Below, in pieces: positions 9,863 to 20,257 of a stretch of 49,606 bases of DNA (position 1 is the stretch's first letter; the number at the start of each line of letters is the position of its first letter). Made by a program: the position numbers and the translations under genes. The notes below the pieces were generated by a model. It saw only the letters and a list, made by a program, of their open reading frames with translations, ran no database searches and was not told the origin of the DNA. Source of the DNA: an uncultured bacterium (GTDB lineage Bacteria; Patescibacteriota; Minisyncoccia; Phycocordibacterales; UBA9973); NCBI GenBank assembly GCA_903929735.1, contig CAIYVW010000043.1, forward strand, positions 1-49,606. Direction: 5' to 3'.

Positions 9863-9901
9863 TAATAAAAATGCCTGAGTGTTACTCAGGCATTTTTATT
9901 A
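9863..9901. terminator. Bidirectional terminator between convergent genes
   Basis: TAATAAAAATGCCTGAGT-GTT-ACTCAGGCATTTTTATTA. Confidence 0.85.
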
Positions 9902-9913
9902 GAAACATATTTG

Positions 9914-11050
9914 TTATTTACTAGAAACTGATTCTTTTTCACTATCTAAGTGAACTAAAGTCATTCTCTGATCCTTTGGTTCGAATAATGTTACTTGGAA
10001 GTTATAAGTTTTACCTAGTTCCAAAGTCTTTTTTAGTTTCTCTTCAGATCCGAAGCTTGAATTGTGTACCAATCCAGCGACTCCTTGCTTGATAGAAACT
10101 AGAGCTCCATGCTTGTTGAATTTAATAACAACTCCAGAAACGATGTCTCCTTTCTTAAGTGTATTTTCAAATTCTTTCCATGGATTTTCTTTAAGAGCTT
10201 TAATTGATAGTGATATTTTACCATCTTTAATATCTATAATTTTAGCTTTTATTTTATCTCCAACTTTAAACATAGAGCGTGGGTCTTCTACTAGACCCCA
10301 GTCAATTTCTGATATATGAACAAGACCTTCAAGACCTTCTTCAACTTTAAGGAATACTCCGAAGTCTACTATTCCAGCAACTGTACATTCTATTTCATCT
10401 CCAACTCCATATTTACCGATAATTTCTCTTCTTTCTTCAGGGTTATTGTCTTTTTCTGAGAAAATTAGTTTACCTTCTTTGGGAAGAGCTGAAATCATAA
10501 CTACATTAATACGTTTACCAACAAGCATTTTCAAAGCTTTAAGAATTTTATCTTTGTCTGAATCTTCTACTCGTGGATAGTGTTCACTCTTAAGTTGTGA
10601 AGCAGGTAAAAATCCTGCAATACCTTGCCAGTCGAGAATTAGTCCTCCTTTATTTGCTTCTTTAACTGTAAGTTCAAGAGGAGATTTCGACTTGATCGCT
10701 TTGTCAGCTTCACTCCATATAAGAGCCTGTTTAGCTTCTTTAAGTGATAGTTCTATATATCCTTCTTCATTATCAGTAGAAACAACTTTAGCTTTAACAA
10801 CATCACCAATATTTATTTTCTTAATGATATCTTTAGCATTAATAAATTCACATCCATATATTATACCTGTTCCAAAAGGAGCTAGGTCTATATAAACCGA
10901 AGATTTCTGTATTGAAATTACAGGACCTTCTACTAGAGCATCAACTTGTGGTGGCAATTCTGCTTTATCAAGCATTTTACCTATACTTGAAAGTTCAATT
11001 TTTGCATGTTCTGCGATGCTTGAAACAACATCATTCTCTTCATTTTTCAT
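9914..11050 (-). CDS. rpsA: Ribosomal protein S1 (short, about 4 S1 domains)
   Basis: ANKGGL..GFLPASQL and DFGVF...EGLVHISEI S1 repeats. Confidence 0.85.
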   Translation of the reverse strand: MKNEENDVVSSIAEHAKIELSSIGKMLDKAELPPQVDALVEGPVISIQKSSVYIDLAPFGTGIIYGCEFINAKDIIKKINIGDVVKAKVVSTDNEEGYIELSLKEAKQALIWSEADKAIKSKSPLELTVKEANKGGLILDWQGIAGFLPASQLKSEHYPRVEDSDKDKILKALKMLVGKRINVVMISALPKEGKLIFSEKDNNPEERREIIGKYGVGDEIECTVAGIVDFGVFLKVEEGLEGLVHISEIDWGLVEDPRSMFKVGDKIKAKIIDIKDGKISLSIKALKENPWKEFENTLKKGDIVSGVVIKFNKHGALVSIKQGVAGLVHNSSFGSEEKLKKTLELGKTYNFQVTLFEPKDQRMTLVHLDSEKESVSSK

Positions 11051-11185
11051 AATAATATTTTTTTCCAGATTTATATTACTGGAACTAAAAAAACCGCATT
11101 TTGCGGCACAGTTTGAATATCTTTATATCGTTTGGCTTCCAAATCGAAAAAAGGGTTAAATTCAAGCTGAACTGTTAATATTTGA

Positions 11186-11214
11186 ACTATACTATAAAAA
11201 TAAGCATACTGCAA
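11186..11214 (-). promoter_or_regulatory. Sigma-70-type promoter facing rpsA
   Basis: Minus strand TTGCAG-17 nt-TATAGT. Confidence 0.6.
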
Positions 11215-11220
11215 GAGACC

Positions 11221-11243
11221 AGATAGAGGCTTCGCCTCTATCT
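11221..11243 (+). repeat. REP-like hairpin, copy 1
   Basis: AGATAGAGGC-TTC-GCCTCTATCT. Confidence 0.9.
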
Positions 11244-11458
11244 ATTAATAAAGAATTTAAATTATAGTATAATAAGTTTATGAGCACCAGAAGACAGCCT
11301 CTTATAACAGGAGAAATGTATCATGTTTACAATCGAGGAGTGGATAAGCGAGATATTTTTTCTGATATAAATGATCTTTATCGTTTTATAGAAAGTATTA
11401 AAGAATTTAATAGGGTAGGAAAAATAAATAGTCTTGCTAACTTAAGAAAATCTAAAAA

Positions 11459-11491
11459 TCCTCAGATAGAGGCTTCGCCTCTATCTGAGGA
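11459..11491 (+). repeat. REP-like hairpin, copy 2 (inside the CDS)
   Basis: TCCTCAGATAGAGGC-TTC-GCCTCTATCTGAGGA, read in frame as PQIEASPLSE. Confidence 0.9.
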
Positions 11492-11970
11492 GGAACATTT
11501 AGTGGAAATTATTGCTTATTGTTTTAATCCGAATCATTTTCATTTAATACTAAAACAGTCAAGAGATGGTGGTATAGCTGACTATATGAAAAAATTACAG
11601 GGAGGTTATACTTATTATTTTAATGTAAAAAATTCTAGATCTGGTTCATTATTTCAAGGAGTTTTCAAATCAAATTTAATAAGTAATGAAAATTATTTTA
11701 ATAAGTTGATTGGGTATGTCAATAAAAATTATTTAATTCATAGCATTCCAGAGAATAAAAATAATTTAATTTTTTCTGGAGATTATGAATATGAAAATAA
11801 TAAATTTAATATTATTTCTAAAAAAGAAGGTCAAAGAATTTTAGAGTTATTTGGAGGTGTAAATAAATTTAAAAAACATTGCGATGAAATAGTTTCTATA
11901 ATTAAGGAAGAAAGAGGGAAGAAATCTTTACTCGAAGATGAAGATTTAAATGTAATTATAGAAAGTCTTC

Positions 11971-11995
11971 CAGATAGAGGCGAAGCCTCTATCTG
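11971..11995 (-). repeat. REP-like hairpin, copy 3 (inverted, overlaps the stop codon)
   Basis: CAGATAGAGGC-GAA-GCCTCTATCTG. Confidence 0.9.
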
Positions 11996-12082
11996 ATAAT
12001 TTTTAGGGAAAATGGTCTTTATATTGTGTTTAAGGCTATTTTTCTTTCTTTCTTTTTTATTATTATTTGATATAATATAAGT

Positions 12083-12709
12083 ATGATTATTACATATCTA
12101 GGTAAGCAGTTTTTTAAAATCGCACAAGGGAGTTTAGTTGTGGCGGTTAATCCCATAAGTAAAGATTCTAAATTGAGTTTAAAAGTAGCACGTTTTGGTT
12201 CTGATATAGCACTATCGACAACAAATCATCCTGATTATAATGGTTTAGATACAGTTTCTCATGGAGAAAGTGTACCTTTTGAAGTTAAGGGTCCAGGGGA
12301 TTATGAAATAAAAGGAATTTTTATTAAAGGTATAATGACGGAGTCTATTATCAATGAGAAAAAGTATATTAATACTATATATACTTTTTCTATAGATAAC
12401 ATTTCTATATGCTTTTTAGGTTGTATGTCTAATAATAAAATAAATGCAGAGACTCGAGGTGAGATTGGATCCCCTGATATTTTATTTGTTCCTATTGGTA
12501 ATCATGATTTACTGGATCCTTCTGAGGCCTATAAATTAGCAGTTTCTCTAGAACCTAAAATTATTATACCAATGGACTATGATGATAAAACTTTGAAAGC
12601 TTTTCTTAAAGAAGGAGGTCAAGATAAAGTAGAATCTATAGAAAAATTAACTATTAAAGCAAAAGATATTGTAGGTCGTGAAGGTGAAATAGTAGTATTA
12701 TCAATTTAG
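12083..12709 (+). CDS. Metallo-beta-lactamase-fold protein with degenerate metal site
   Basis: ITYLG, GPGDYEIKGI, DILFVPIG, LEPKIIIPMDY; TNHPDY in place of HxHxDH. Confidence 0.75.
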   Translation: MIITYLGKQFFKIAQGSLVVAVNPISKDSKLSLKVARFGSDIALSTTNHPDYNGLDTVSHGESVPFEVKGPGDYEIKGIFIKGIMTESIINEKKYINTIYTFSIDNISICFLGCMSNNKINAETRGEIGSPDILFVPIGNHDLLDPSEAYKLAVSLEPKIIIPMDYDDKTLKAFLKEGGQDKVESIEKLTIKAKDIVGREGEIVVLSI

Positions 12710-12731
12710 TAGGGGTTTAATTAAAAAATTT

Positions 12732-13058
12732 ATGCATAATTATATAAAAAAAATACAATCAAAAACTGAAGAAACCCGAAAGCAAATTCTAGCAGGTGTT
12801 ATGATAGTCTCTATGTCTTTGGTTGGTTTTATTTGGGTTCATAGTTTAGGTACTCGTTTTGGTAGTCCTAAAATACAAGAACAAGCAAATGATAATGTTA
12901 AACCTTTTAAACTTTTTGGAAATTCGATATCAGAAACTTTTAGTAGTATAAGTGCTAGTGTAGGAAATGCTACTTCTAAAATTGATATAAAGAAGGAAGT
13001 CGTAGTTCCTAAGTCTGAAAAAATCATAAATTTAATACCAGTAGAAAGTACTAACTAA
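12732..13058 (+). CDS. Hypothetical single-pass membrane protein
   Basis: One TM segment; tightly packed before gyrA. Confidence 0.7.
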   Translation: MHNYIKKIQSKTEETRKQILAGVMIVSMSLVGFIWVHSLGTRFGSPKIQEQANDNVKPFKLFGNSISETFSSISASVGNATSKIDIKKEVVVPKSEKIINLIPVESTN

Positions 13059-13063
13059 TAATT

Positions 13064-15517
13064 ATGCCTAAAGAAAAAGAAGAAGAAATAAAAAAGGAAC
13101 ACGTGAATGTTGTCTCAGTAGATATAAGTAGAGAGATGAAAGAATGTTTTATAGACTATGCGATGTCTGTTATTACTGATCGTGCTTTGCCTGATGTTCG
13201 AGATGGACTAAAGCCAGTTCATAGACGTATTCTTTATGCTATGAATGAAATGGGTCTTACTTCTTCGTCTCGTTTTCGTAAAAGTGCAGCCGTGGTTGGA
13301 GATGTTTTGGGAAAATATCATCCTCATGGAGATGTAGCTGTTTATGACACAATGGTGGGAATGGCTCAAGATTTTTCTTATAGATATCCACTTGTTCATG
13401 GTCAGGGTAACTTTGGTTCTATCGATGGAGATGGAGCAGCTGCTATGCGTTACACAGAAGCTAAAATGTCTAAAATTTCATCTCTTTTACTTCTTGATTT
13501 AGAAAAAGAGACCGTAGACTTCCGACCAAACTATGATCAAACTCGTAAAGAGCCTATAGTTTTACCAACTGCCGTCCCTAGCTTACTTTTGAATGGAACA
13601 TTAGGTATTGCGGTTGGTATGGCTACAAATATCCCTCCTCATAATTTGTCAGAGGTTATAGATGCAACAGTTCATCTTATAGAAAATAAAGATGCAACTA
13701 CTGAAGATCTTATGCAATTCGTAAAAGGTCCTGACTTTCCTACAGGAGGAGTCGCTTATAATCAAGCTGATCTTCTTCATGCTTATTCTACTGGACGAGG
13801 TGGTGTTGTCACTCGTGGTGAAGCTGAAATAGTAGAACAAAAGTCTGGTACTTTCCAGATAATTATTACATCCATACCCTATAGAGTAAATAAATCAAAT
13901 TTAATAGAGTCAATTGCTCTTTTGGTCCAAGAAAAGAAGCTTGAAGGAGTTAAAGGTCTAAGAGATGAATCTACCAAAGACATACGTATAGCCATAGACT
14001 TGAAAGGAGGAATTATACCAGAAAAAGTTTTAAACTATATCTATAAACACACACAGCTAGAACAATCATTTAATTTTAATATAGTGGCTTTAGTTGACGG
14101 AGTTCCTCAGACTTTATCACTAAAGAGTTTGCTTTCAGAGTTTATAGATCATAGAGTAATAATAGTTCGAAGACGTACAGAATTTGATTTAAGAAAAGCA
14201 AAAGAGAGAGAACATATACTTCTAGGTTTGAAAAAAGCACTTGATCATATAGATCTTGTAATTTCTGTTATACGAGCCTCTAAGGATACAGCTACAGCTA
14301 AAGTTAACTTAATGAAAGAGTTTAAATTTTCAGATCTTCAAGCTACTGCTATTCTCGAAATGAAGTTACAGAAACTTGCAGGTTTAGAGAGAAAGAATGT
14401 AGAACTTGAATTGAAAGAAAAACAAGAATTAATTAAAGAGCTAGAAGCTTTGCTTGCAAGTCCAAAGAAGATGCTTAAAGTTATAAGTGATGAATTAAAA
14501 GATATAAAAGAAAAATATGCAGACGATAGAAGAACTCGTATTGTAAAAGGAGGGGTTAAATCTATAAATGAAGAAGATCTTATTCCTGAAAAGGAGTCAG
14601 TCTTGGTCTTTACTAAGGGTGGATATGTTAAACGTACAGATCCAAGTGAGTATAAGAATCAGAAACGTGGAGGTGTCGGAGTTATAGATATTGAAACCAA
14701 AGATGAAGACTTTGTAACTATGCTTGTCTCAGCTAATACTCATAGTGATTTACTATTCTTTACTAATAAAGGTAAGGCTTACCAAATAAAAATGTATGAC
14801 ATACCAGAAGGAAGACGAGCAACTAAAGGTAAATCTATTATGAATTTTATGTCCCTAGAAGGAGATGAAAAAGTGACTTCAATATTACCAATCGATAAAG
14901 AAACAAAGAAAAATGTAGAGCATTTAATGATGGTAACTAAGATGGGTATCACTAAGAAGGTTTCAGCTGAGAGTTTCAAAGATGTAAGAAGAAGTGGTCT
15001 TATAGCAATTCGGTTAGATAAAGATGATGAACTTGAAGCCGTATTAGCTGTGGTGAAAGGTGATGATATAATGCTTGCTACTACCTTAGGTCAGTCTATA
15101 AGATTTAAAGAAAATGATGTTCGTGAAATGGGTAGATCAGCTGGAGGAGTAAGAGCTATGAAATTATCAAAAGGAGATTTCATAATAGGAGTTGATAGAA
15201 TACCTAAAGGGGAAACAGCATTAGCTTTACTTACTTTGTCTTCAAACGGCTTGGGTAAGAAAACAAATATCAAAGAATACAAAACACAGAAGCGTAGTGG
15301 TTCAGGTATTAAAACTGCAAAAGTAACTCCAAAGACTGGTAAATTAATTGTCGCTAAAATAGTCGGAGAAGAGAATGAAATAATTGCAGTATCTCAAAAA
15401 GGACAAGTTATTCGAGTAGATCTAAAGTCTATTCCTACTTCGGGACGTCAAACTCAAGGAGTGACAATAATGAAATTGCATTCAGGAGACAGTATTGCTT
15501 CTATCACATGTTTATAA
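13064..15517 (+). CDS. gyrA: DNA gyrase subunit A
   Basis: [30 protein letters not shown], GyrA-box-like QKRGGVG, C-terminal blades. Confidence 0.97.
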   Translation: MPKEKEEEIKKEHVNVVSVDISREMKECFIDYAMSVITDRALPDVRDGLKPVHRRILYAMNEMGLTSSSRFRKSAAVVGDVLGKYHPHGDVAVYDTMVGMAQDFSYRYPLVHGQGNFGSIDGDGAAAMRYTEAKMSKISSLLLLDLEKETVDFRPNYDQTRKEPIVLPTAVPSLLLNGTLGIAVGMATNIPPHNLSEVIDATVHLIENKDATTEDLMQFVKGPDFPTGGVAYNQADLLHAYSTGRGGVVTRGEAEIVEQKSGTFQIIITSIPYRVNKSNLIESIALLVQEKKLEGVKGLRDESTKDIRIAIDLKGGIIPEKVLNYIYKHTQLEQSFNFNIVALVDGVPQTLSLKSLLSEFIDHRVIIVRRRTEFDLRKAKEREHILLGLKKALDHIDLVISVIRASKDTATAKVNLMKEFKFSDLQATAILEMKLQKLAGLERKNVELELKEKQELIKELEALLASPKKMLKVISDELKDIKEKYADDRRTRIVKGGVKSINEEDLIPEKESVLVFTKGGYVKRTDPSEYKNQKRGGVGVIDIETKDEDFVTMLVSANTHSDLLFFTNKGKAYQIKMYDIPEGRRATKGKSIMNFMSLEGDEKVTSILPIDKETKKNVEHLMMVTKMGITKKVSAESFKDVRRSGLIAIRLDKDDELEAVLAVVKGDDIMLATTLGQSIRFKENDVREMGRSAGGVRAMKLSKGDFIIGVDRIPKGETALALLTLSSNGLGKKTNIKEYKTQKRSGSGIKTAKVTPKTGKLIVAKIVGEENEIIAVSQKGQVIRVDLKSIPTSGRQTQGVTIMKLHSGDSIASITCL

Positions 15518-15535
15518 ATATGATATAATAATTAT

Positions 15536-16063
15536 ATGTTTTCAAACCCAGAACAAAATATTCTACAATTAGGATTAAGGGAAGGTATGAAAGTGGCAGA
15601 CTTTGGTGCTGGGAATGGCGCTTATTCTTTGGCAGCTAGTAAGAGAGTAGGACATACAGGTCATGTTTATGCTATTGAAGTTCAAAAGGATCTTGTCCGT
15701 AAATTAGAAAGTGAAATAAAAGAATTACATATTTCAAATATAGAATGCATATGGGGTAATATAGAAAAAATGCATGGATCTAAGATCGCAGATTCTTCTA
15801 TGGATATGATTATAATTTCTAATGTTTTATTTCAAGCTGAAGATAAAATTGGTCTAATCGATGAAGCTAAAAGAATTCTCAAAAAAGGAGGTAAAGTTCT
15901 TGTTATTGATTGGTTAGTTTCTTCTGACGGTGTCGGTCCAGCCCAGTCTCAGTCTATCAAGGAAGAAGTTTTAAATAATTTATTTTTAAAAAGAGGCTAT
16001 AAATTTTTAGAAAAAATTTCTACAAGCAGTCATCATTATGGTATAATTTTTACACATGAATAA
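15536..16063 (+). CDS. Class I SAM-dependent methyltransferase
   Basis: VADFGAGNG motif I, RILKKGG. Confidence 0.88.
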   Translation: MFSNPEQNILQLGLREGMKVADFGAGNGAYSLAASKRVGHTGHVYAIEVQKDLVRKLESEIKELHISNIECIWGNIEKMHGSKIADSSMDMIIISNVLFQAEDKIGLIDEAKRILKKGGKVLVIDWLVSSDGVGPAQSQSIKEEVLNNLFLKRGYKFLEKISTSSHHYGIIFTHE

Positions 16064-17363
16064 TTTTCAAACAATTCTCATCGCATCATTTTTAGCATTT
16101 TTTATTTTTGGAGTATTAATATTCTCAGGTCTTATAAATATCGGTAATAGTGGTAAGTCTACTATCGCAGGTAAAGTAACTATATGGGGTACTATACCTT
16201 ATGATCAAGCAGGAGAGTTATTTAAAGATATGGGTGGATCAAATGGCTCTGTAACTATAGATTACACAGAGCAAGATAAAACAACCTACCAGCAAAATCT
16301 CATAGAAGCTTTTGCTAAAGACCAAGGCCCTGATTTGTTTATACTAACTCCAGATATGCTTCTAAAGAATAAAACTTTTATTAGTGAGATACCATATGCT
16401 AGTTATTCACAAAGTTTATTTAAAACCAATTACATAGATGGAGCAGATATTCTTCTAGATACAGATGGATTTATGGGATACCCTTTATTAGTGGATCCTA
16501 TAGTTCTTTATTATAATAAGAATATTCTAGCAAATAATTCTGTCCTTTATCCACCCTCTACTTGGGATGATTTAATAAATCTAAGTACTACTCTTATTAA
16601 AAGAGATCCAGATGGAACTTTATCTCAGAAAATGATAGGACTAGGTGAGTATGATAATGTGAATCATTCTAAAGATTTACTTTCTTTAATTTTGATTCAA
16701 AGTGGTAATCCTATGGTGACTACGACAGATAAAGGCTATCGTATGACACTGAAAGATGATGCTCCTGATAAAACATATCCATTTGAACAAGTCATTAATT
16801 TCTTTTTAGGTTTTTCAAATCCATCGAAAGATTCATATACTTGGGATAGATCTATGCCTAATTCTTTTGATGTGTTCACTTCGAATAAGCTTGCTTTCTA
16901 TTTAGGATATTCAAGTGAGTTATTTAAAATAAAGTCTATGAATCCAAATATGAGTTTTGATGTCACTTCTGTTCCTCAGCCAAAAGGCACGGATACACTA
17001 AGAACTTATGGTAATATATATACTCTCGTTGCAAATAAAAAATCAAAGAATTTAAATTCTGCTTTTGGGGTAGCATCTTTAATAACAGATCCTGCTAATC
17101 TTAAAGAGCTAGGAATCAGAGCATCTTTACCTACAGCATCAAGAGCCTTACTTTCAGTTAAGCCTTCTGATCCCTATCTTCTAACATTTTTTAATTCGGC
17201 AATTATTTCTCATTCATGGTTAGATCCAGACAGGGAACAGACGGATTCTATTTTTAGAAACTTGATAGAGAATTCACTATCGAATAAGTTATCAGTTGTA
17301 GATGCAATAGATAAAGCATCAGGTCAAATGGATTTAATAATTAAAAATTATAATAAAAAATAA
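16056..17363 (+). CDS. Membrane-anchored extracellular solute-binding protein (sugar-binding family 1-like)
   Basis: N-terminal TM, VTIWG, GPDLF, LYYNKNIL..PPSTWDDL. Confidence 0.8.
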   Translation: MNNFQTILIASFLAFFIFGVLIFSGLINIGNSGKSTIAGKVTIWGTIPYDQAGELFKDMGGSNGSVTIDYTEQDKTTYQQNLIEAFAKDQGPDLFILTPDMLLKNKTFISEIPYASYSQSLFKTNYIDGADILLDTDGFMGYPLLVDPIVLYYNKNILANNSVLYPPSTWDDLINLSTTLIKRDPDGTLSQKMIGLGEYDNVNHSKDLLSLILIQSGNPMVTTTDKGYRMTLKDDAPDKTYPFEQVINFFLGFSNPSKDSYTWDRSMPNSFDVFTSNKLAFYLGYSSELFKIKSMNPNMSFDVTSVPQPKGTDTLRTYGNIYTLVANKKSKNLNSAFGVASLITDPANLKELGIRASLPTASRALLSVKPSDPYLLTFFNSAIISHSWLDPDREQTDSIFRNLIENSLSNKLSVVDAIDKASGQMDLIIKNYNKK

Positions 17364-17365
17364 TT

Positions 17366-18460
17366 ATGAATAAAAAACTTTTCGGTATTATATTTTCTTT
17401 TGTTTTAATTTTTACTATATTTCCTTTAATTATTAATAGAAATACAAATATAGTTAGTGCTGCAACATCTGGAACTTTATCTTTTAGTAGTCTTACTTCT
17501 ACTGGTGTTACTTTATCTATATCTGGAGCTTCTCCTTCTCAAGATATAACTATCTATATTTTTAATGATCCAAATTTAAGTCCTACTCCTTCTTTTTCTG
17601 TTAATGCAAGTGTAACAACAGATGATTTTGGAAATGCTAGTGCTAATTTTGTTTTACTATCTGCTAAAAGCTATGTAGCCTCTACAAGTTTAATGTCTGC
17701 AATTCCATCAATTTCTTTTAGTACTCCTCCAGGTACTAATTCTAACCCCCCTCCTACTTCTTCTTTAGAAATTCAGTTAAAATCTGGAACATTAACTTCA
17801 AATTCTGTAACAGTAGAGGCACTAGGAACAGTAGCAAATACTTCCTACCGATTTAGTATATACGATACAGCTAACTATCCTTCTGGATCACCATTGGCTA
17901 CTAGTTTAGTTACATCTAGTCCTTTTGAAGCTAGTTTTTCTACAGGGTTATTACCAAATCAAACATATGTTGCAACTTTAGCTCCATCAACTGATCCTAC
18001 TTCTGTTGTTGTTTATACTTTTACTACTTTAACTTCTAATGCTAATGCTAATGGTAATGGTAATACAGGTACAAATACAGTTTCAAATACAGGTACGAAT
18101 ACAGCCACTTTCACTTCTTCTTCTGGTAATGGTATAATCCCTGCTTGTAATGTAGGGCCTATTGTAGCTAGTACCGGGATGTATGCAAATCCATGTGATT
18201 TTAACTTCTTTATACAGCTTATAAACAATATAATTAAATTCTTATTGTTTGTTATAGCTACACCTTTAGTGGCATTGATTATAATGTATACAGGATATTT
18301 ATACTTAACTTCTGGTGGTAGCAATCAGACAGAAAAAGCCAAGCATATACTTTTCAATGTAGTAGTCGGTTATGTTATAGCTCTAGCTGCATGGTTAATT
18401 ATAAATGCTATTATTACATCATTAAACTTAGATCCTACAATTAACACTTTCTTAAAATAA
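17366..18460 (+). CDS. Pilin-like protein: Ser/Thr-rich beta-type N-terminal domains plus C-terminal TrbC/VirB2-like pilin
   Basis: Signal peptide; C-terminal IMYTGYLYLTSGG...KAKHILFNVVVGYVIALAAW hairpin. Confidence 0.75.
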   Translation: MNKKLFGIIFSFVLIFTIFPLIINRNTNIVSAATSGTLSFSSLTSTGVTLSISGASPSQDITIYIFNDPNLSPTPSFSVNASVTTDDFGNASANFVLLSAKSYVASTSLMSAIPSISFSTPPGTNSNPPPTSSLEIQLKSGTLTSNSVTVEALGTVANTSYRFSIYDTANYPSGSPLATSLVTSSPFEASFSTGLLPNQTYVATLAPSTDPTSVVVYTFTTLTSNANANGNGNTGTNTVSNTGTNTATFTSSSGNGIIPACNVGPIVASTGMYANPCDFNFFIQLINNIIKFLLFVIATPLVALIIMYTGYLYLTSGGSNQTEKAKHILFNVVVGYVIALAAWLIINAIITSLNLDPTINTFLK

Positions 18461-18481
18461 TTTTTATTAATAATATTATAT

Positions 18482-18949
18482 ATGAAAACATCAATACAAA
18501 AAATGAATTTAGTTATGCAAAGTATTTCAAAATATAGTTTTATATTAATAATGATTTTATCATTATTAATACCAGTAGTATTTATTAGAGCTGCTGGTAC
18601 GGGGACTTCTACTGAATCAGGATTTAACACAGGTACTGGAACTTCTACAGGATCAGGATTAACAATTAATTCTAAAATAGAAAATCCACTACCAAACGGT
18701 CCACAAACTATTCCTGAGTTTATCAAAAAGATTATCGAAATAGTTCTTGTTGTGGGAGTTCCTTTACTTGTTTTAGCTTTTATCTATGCTGGTTTCCTTT
18801 TTGTAAAAGCACAAGGGAATTCAGGAGAAATAGAAGTAGCCAAACGAACTTTTGTATATACGATTATAGGAGGAGCTCTACTGTTAGGAGCCTTTGTTAT
18901 AGCAGATGCAATAGGTCAAACAGTTAAAGATATCGGTAATGGTGTGTAA
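18482..18949 (+). CDS. TrbC/VirB2-like pilin
   Basis: IENPL, FIYAGFLFVKAQGN...AKRTFVYTIIG. Confidence 0.8.
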   Translation: MKTSIQKMNLVMQSISKYSFILIMILSLLIPVVFIRAAGTGTSTESGFNTGTGTSTGSGLTINSKIENPLPNGPQTIPEFIKKIIEIVLVVGVPLLVLAFIYAGFLFVKAQGNSGEIEVAKRTFVYTIIGGALLLGAFVIADAIGQTVKDIGNGV

Positions 18950-19010
18950 TTAAAGATTTCCAGATTGATAAAATGGTCGAAGGTATTAAAAATAAAACAT
19001 AATTTACAAA

Positions 19011-19367
19011 ATGATAAATAATATAATTATACGCACAGCAGAAGCAGCAGGAAACTTACCAGGGACAAATATTTCTTGTGATGGAGGTATAAAAAGTCTG
19101 ACTGATTTGATAAACTATTTTACTTGTACTCTGATGAATGCTGTTGCTCCTATGCTTGTTTCTCTTGCTGTTGTTTCTTTTGTTTATGGAATTATTCAGT
19201 ATTTCTTGTATCCTGATAATGAAGAGAAACGTAAAGCGGGTAAGCAATTTATGTTTTGGGGAATTGTAACTTTGTTTGTGATGGTAAGTATATGGGGGCT
19301 TGTCGGTATTCTATCGAATACATTTTTGAATGGTAAACCAGTAATGCCTTTCCTTCCGCAAGCATAA
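19011..19367 (+). CDS. TrbC/VirB2-like pilin
   Basis: FVYGIIQYF..NEEKRKAGKQFMFWGIV..VMVSIWGLV. Confidence 0.78.
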   Translation: MINNIIIRTAEAAGNLPGTNISCDGGIKSLTDLINYFTCTLMNAVAPMLVSLAVVSFVYGIIQYFLYPDNEEKRKAGKQFMFWGIVTLFVMVSIWGLVGILSNTFLNGKPVMPFLPQA

Positions 19368-19493
19368 ATAGTTGTGTATCTTAGTTGTTATTTGGTATAA
19401 TAGTGGTTAGTAAGATTAGTTTATTTTTACTTCCTACGGTCGGTAGGATTTAATAAAATTATTATAAAGTCGTTTTAATTTAGTTATTAATTT

Positions 19494-19853
19494 ATGAAAA
19501 AATTTATAGCATTAGGTTTCGTTGTTAGTGCTCCTTTGTTCGCTTCAGCAGCTGTTTCTACTATTGGTAGTATCTTAGATCTATTAGTAGGATTTTTAAA
19601 TTATTTTGTTCCAGCATTGATTACAATAGCTGTTGTTTACTTTATCTGGGGAGTTATTACTTTTATGACTTCTTCAGACGAAGAAGCAAAGAAGATGGGA
19701 CGTACAAAGATCATCAATGGTCTTATTGGTCTATTCGTTATTGTTGCTTTCTGGGGAATTATCGGAGTAGTTAAGAGAACTTTCGGTATTGATGCAGCAA
19801 CAGGTGACAAAGTAGTTCCTTGTACTCCTACAGCATATAGTAACTGTAACTAA
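19494..19853 (+). CDS. TrbC/VirB2-like pilin
   Basis: FIWGVITF..DEEAKKMGRTKIINGLIGLFVIVAFWGI; TGG-TATAAT upstream near 19393. Confidence 0.78.
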   Translation: MKKFIALGFVVSAPLFASAAVSTIGSILDLLVGFLNYFVPALITIAVVYFIWGVITFMTSSDEEAKKMGRTKIINGLIGLFVIVAFWGIIGVVKRTFGIDAATGDKVVPCTPTAYSNCN

Positions 19854-19863
19854 TCTTTATATT

Positions 19864-20184
19864 ATGAACTTTGGACTAATTCCTATAGCAGAAGCAAATA
19901 TAACAACTTTAATGAGAAGTATAACTAAGGTTGTTATCAATCCTCTTATAACTGCGTTATTTGCTTTTGCTGTTATTTATTTCCTGTATGGTCTTGCTCA
20001 GTTTCTGATGTCTCCAGATAATGAAGAGATAAAGAAAAATAGTAAGCAACATATGATCTGGGGGATAATTGGAATGTTCATTATGGTTGCAGTATTTGGA
20101 ATTATGAATATTATAATAACTACACTAGGGGTAAAAGGTGTAACTGTACAAAATGGTAGTTATACTGTAACAGTACCTAATTAA
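19864..20184 (+). CDS. TrbC/VirB2-like pilin
   Basis: FLYGLAQF..NEEIKKNSKQHMIWGIIGMFIMVAVFGI. Confidence 0.78.
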   Translation: MNFGLIPIAEANITTLMRSITKVVINPLITALFAFAVIYFLYGLAQFLMSPDNEEIKKNSKQHMIWGIIGMFIMVAVFGIMNIIITTLGVKGVTVQNGSYTVTVPN

Positions 20185-20198
20185 TTATTATATATGAT

Positions 20199-20233
20199 AA
20201 AAGCGCCGAAGGATTAATCCTATCGGCGCTTTT
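20199..20233. terminator. Bidirectional terminator
   Basis: AAAAGCGCCGA...TCGGCGCTTTT between convergent genes. Confidence 0.8.
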
Positions 20234-20257
20234 GTTTTTTAAATTTATAAATCTTAA

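Larger units (their letters stand above)
11280..11996 (+). mobile_element. REP-associated (RAYT-like) HUH Y1 tyrosine transposase
   Basis: YHVYNRG, YCFNPNHFHL (HUH), RSGSLFQGVFKS, putative catalytic Tyr in GYVNKN; associated hairpins. Confidence 0.88.

Noticed and set aside
11221..11995. Three palindromic repeats as a possible CRISPR array
   Set aside because: Spacing is hundreds of bases and irregular, one copy is inverted, two are coding, and no cas genes are present.
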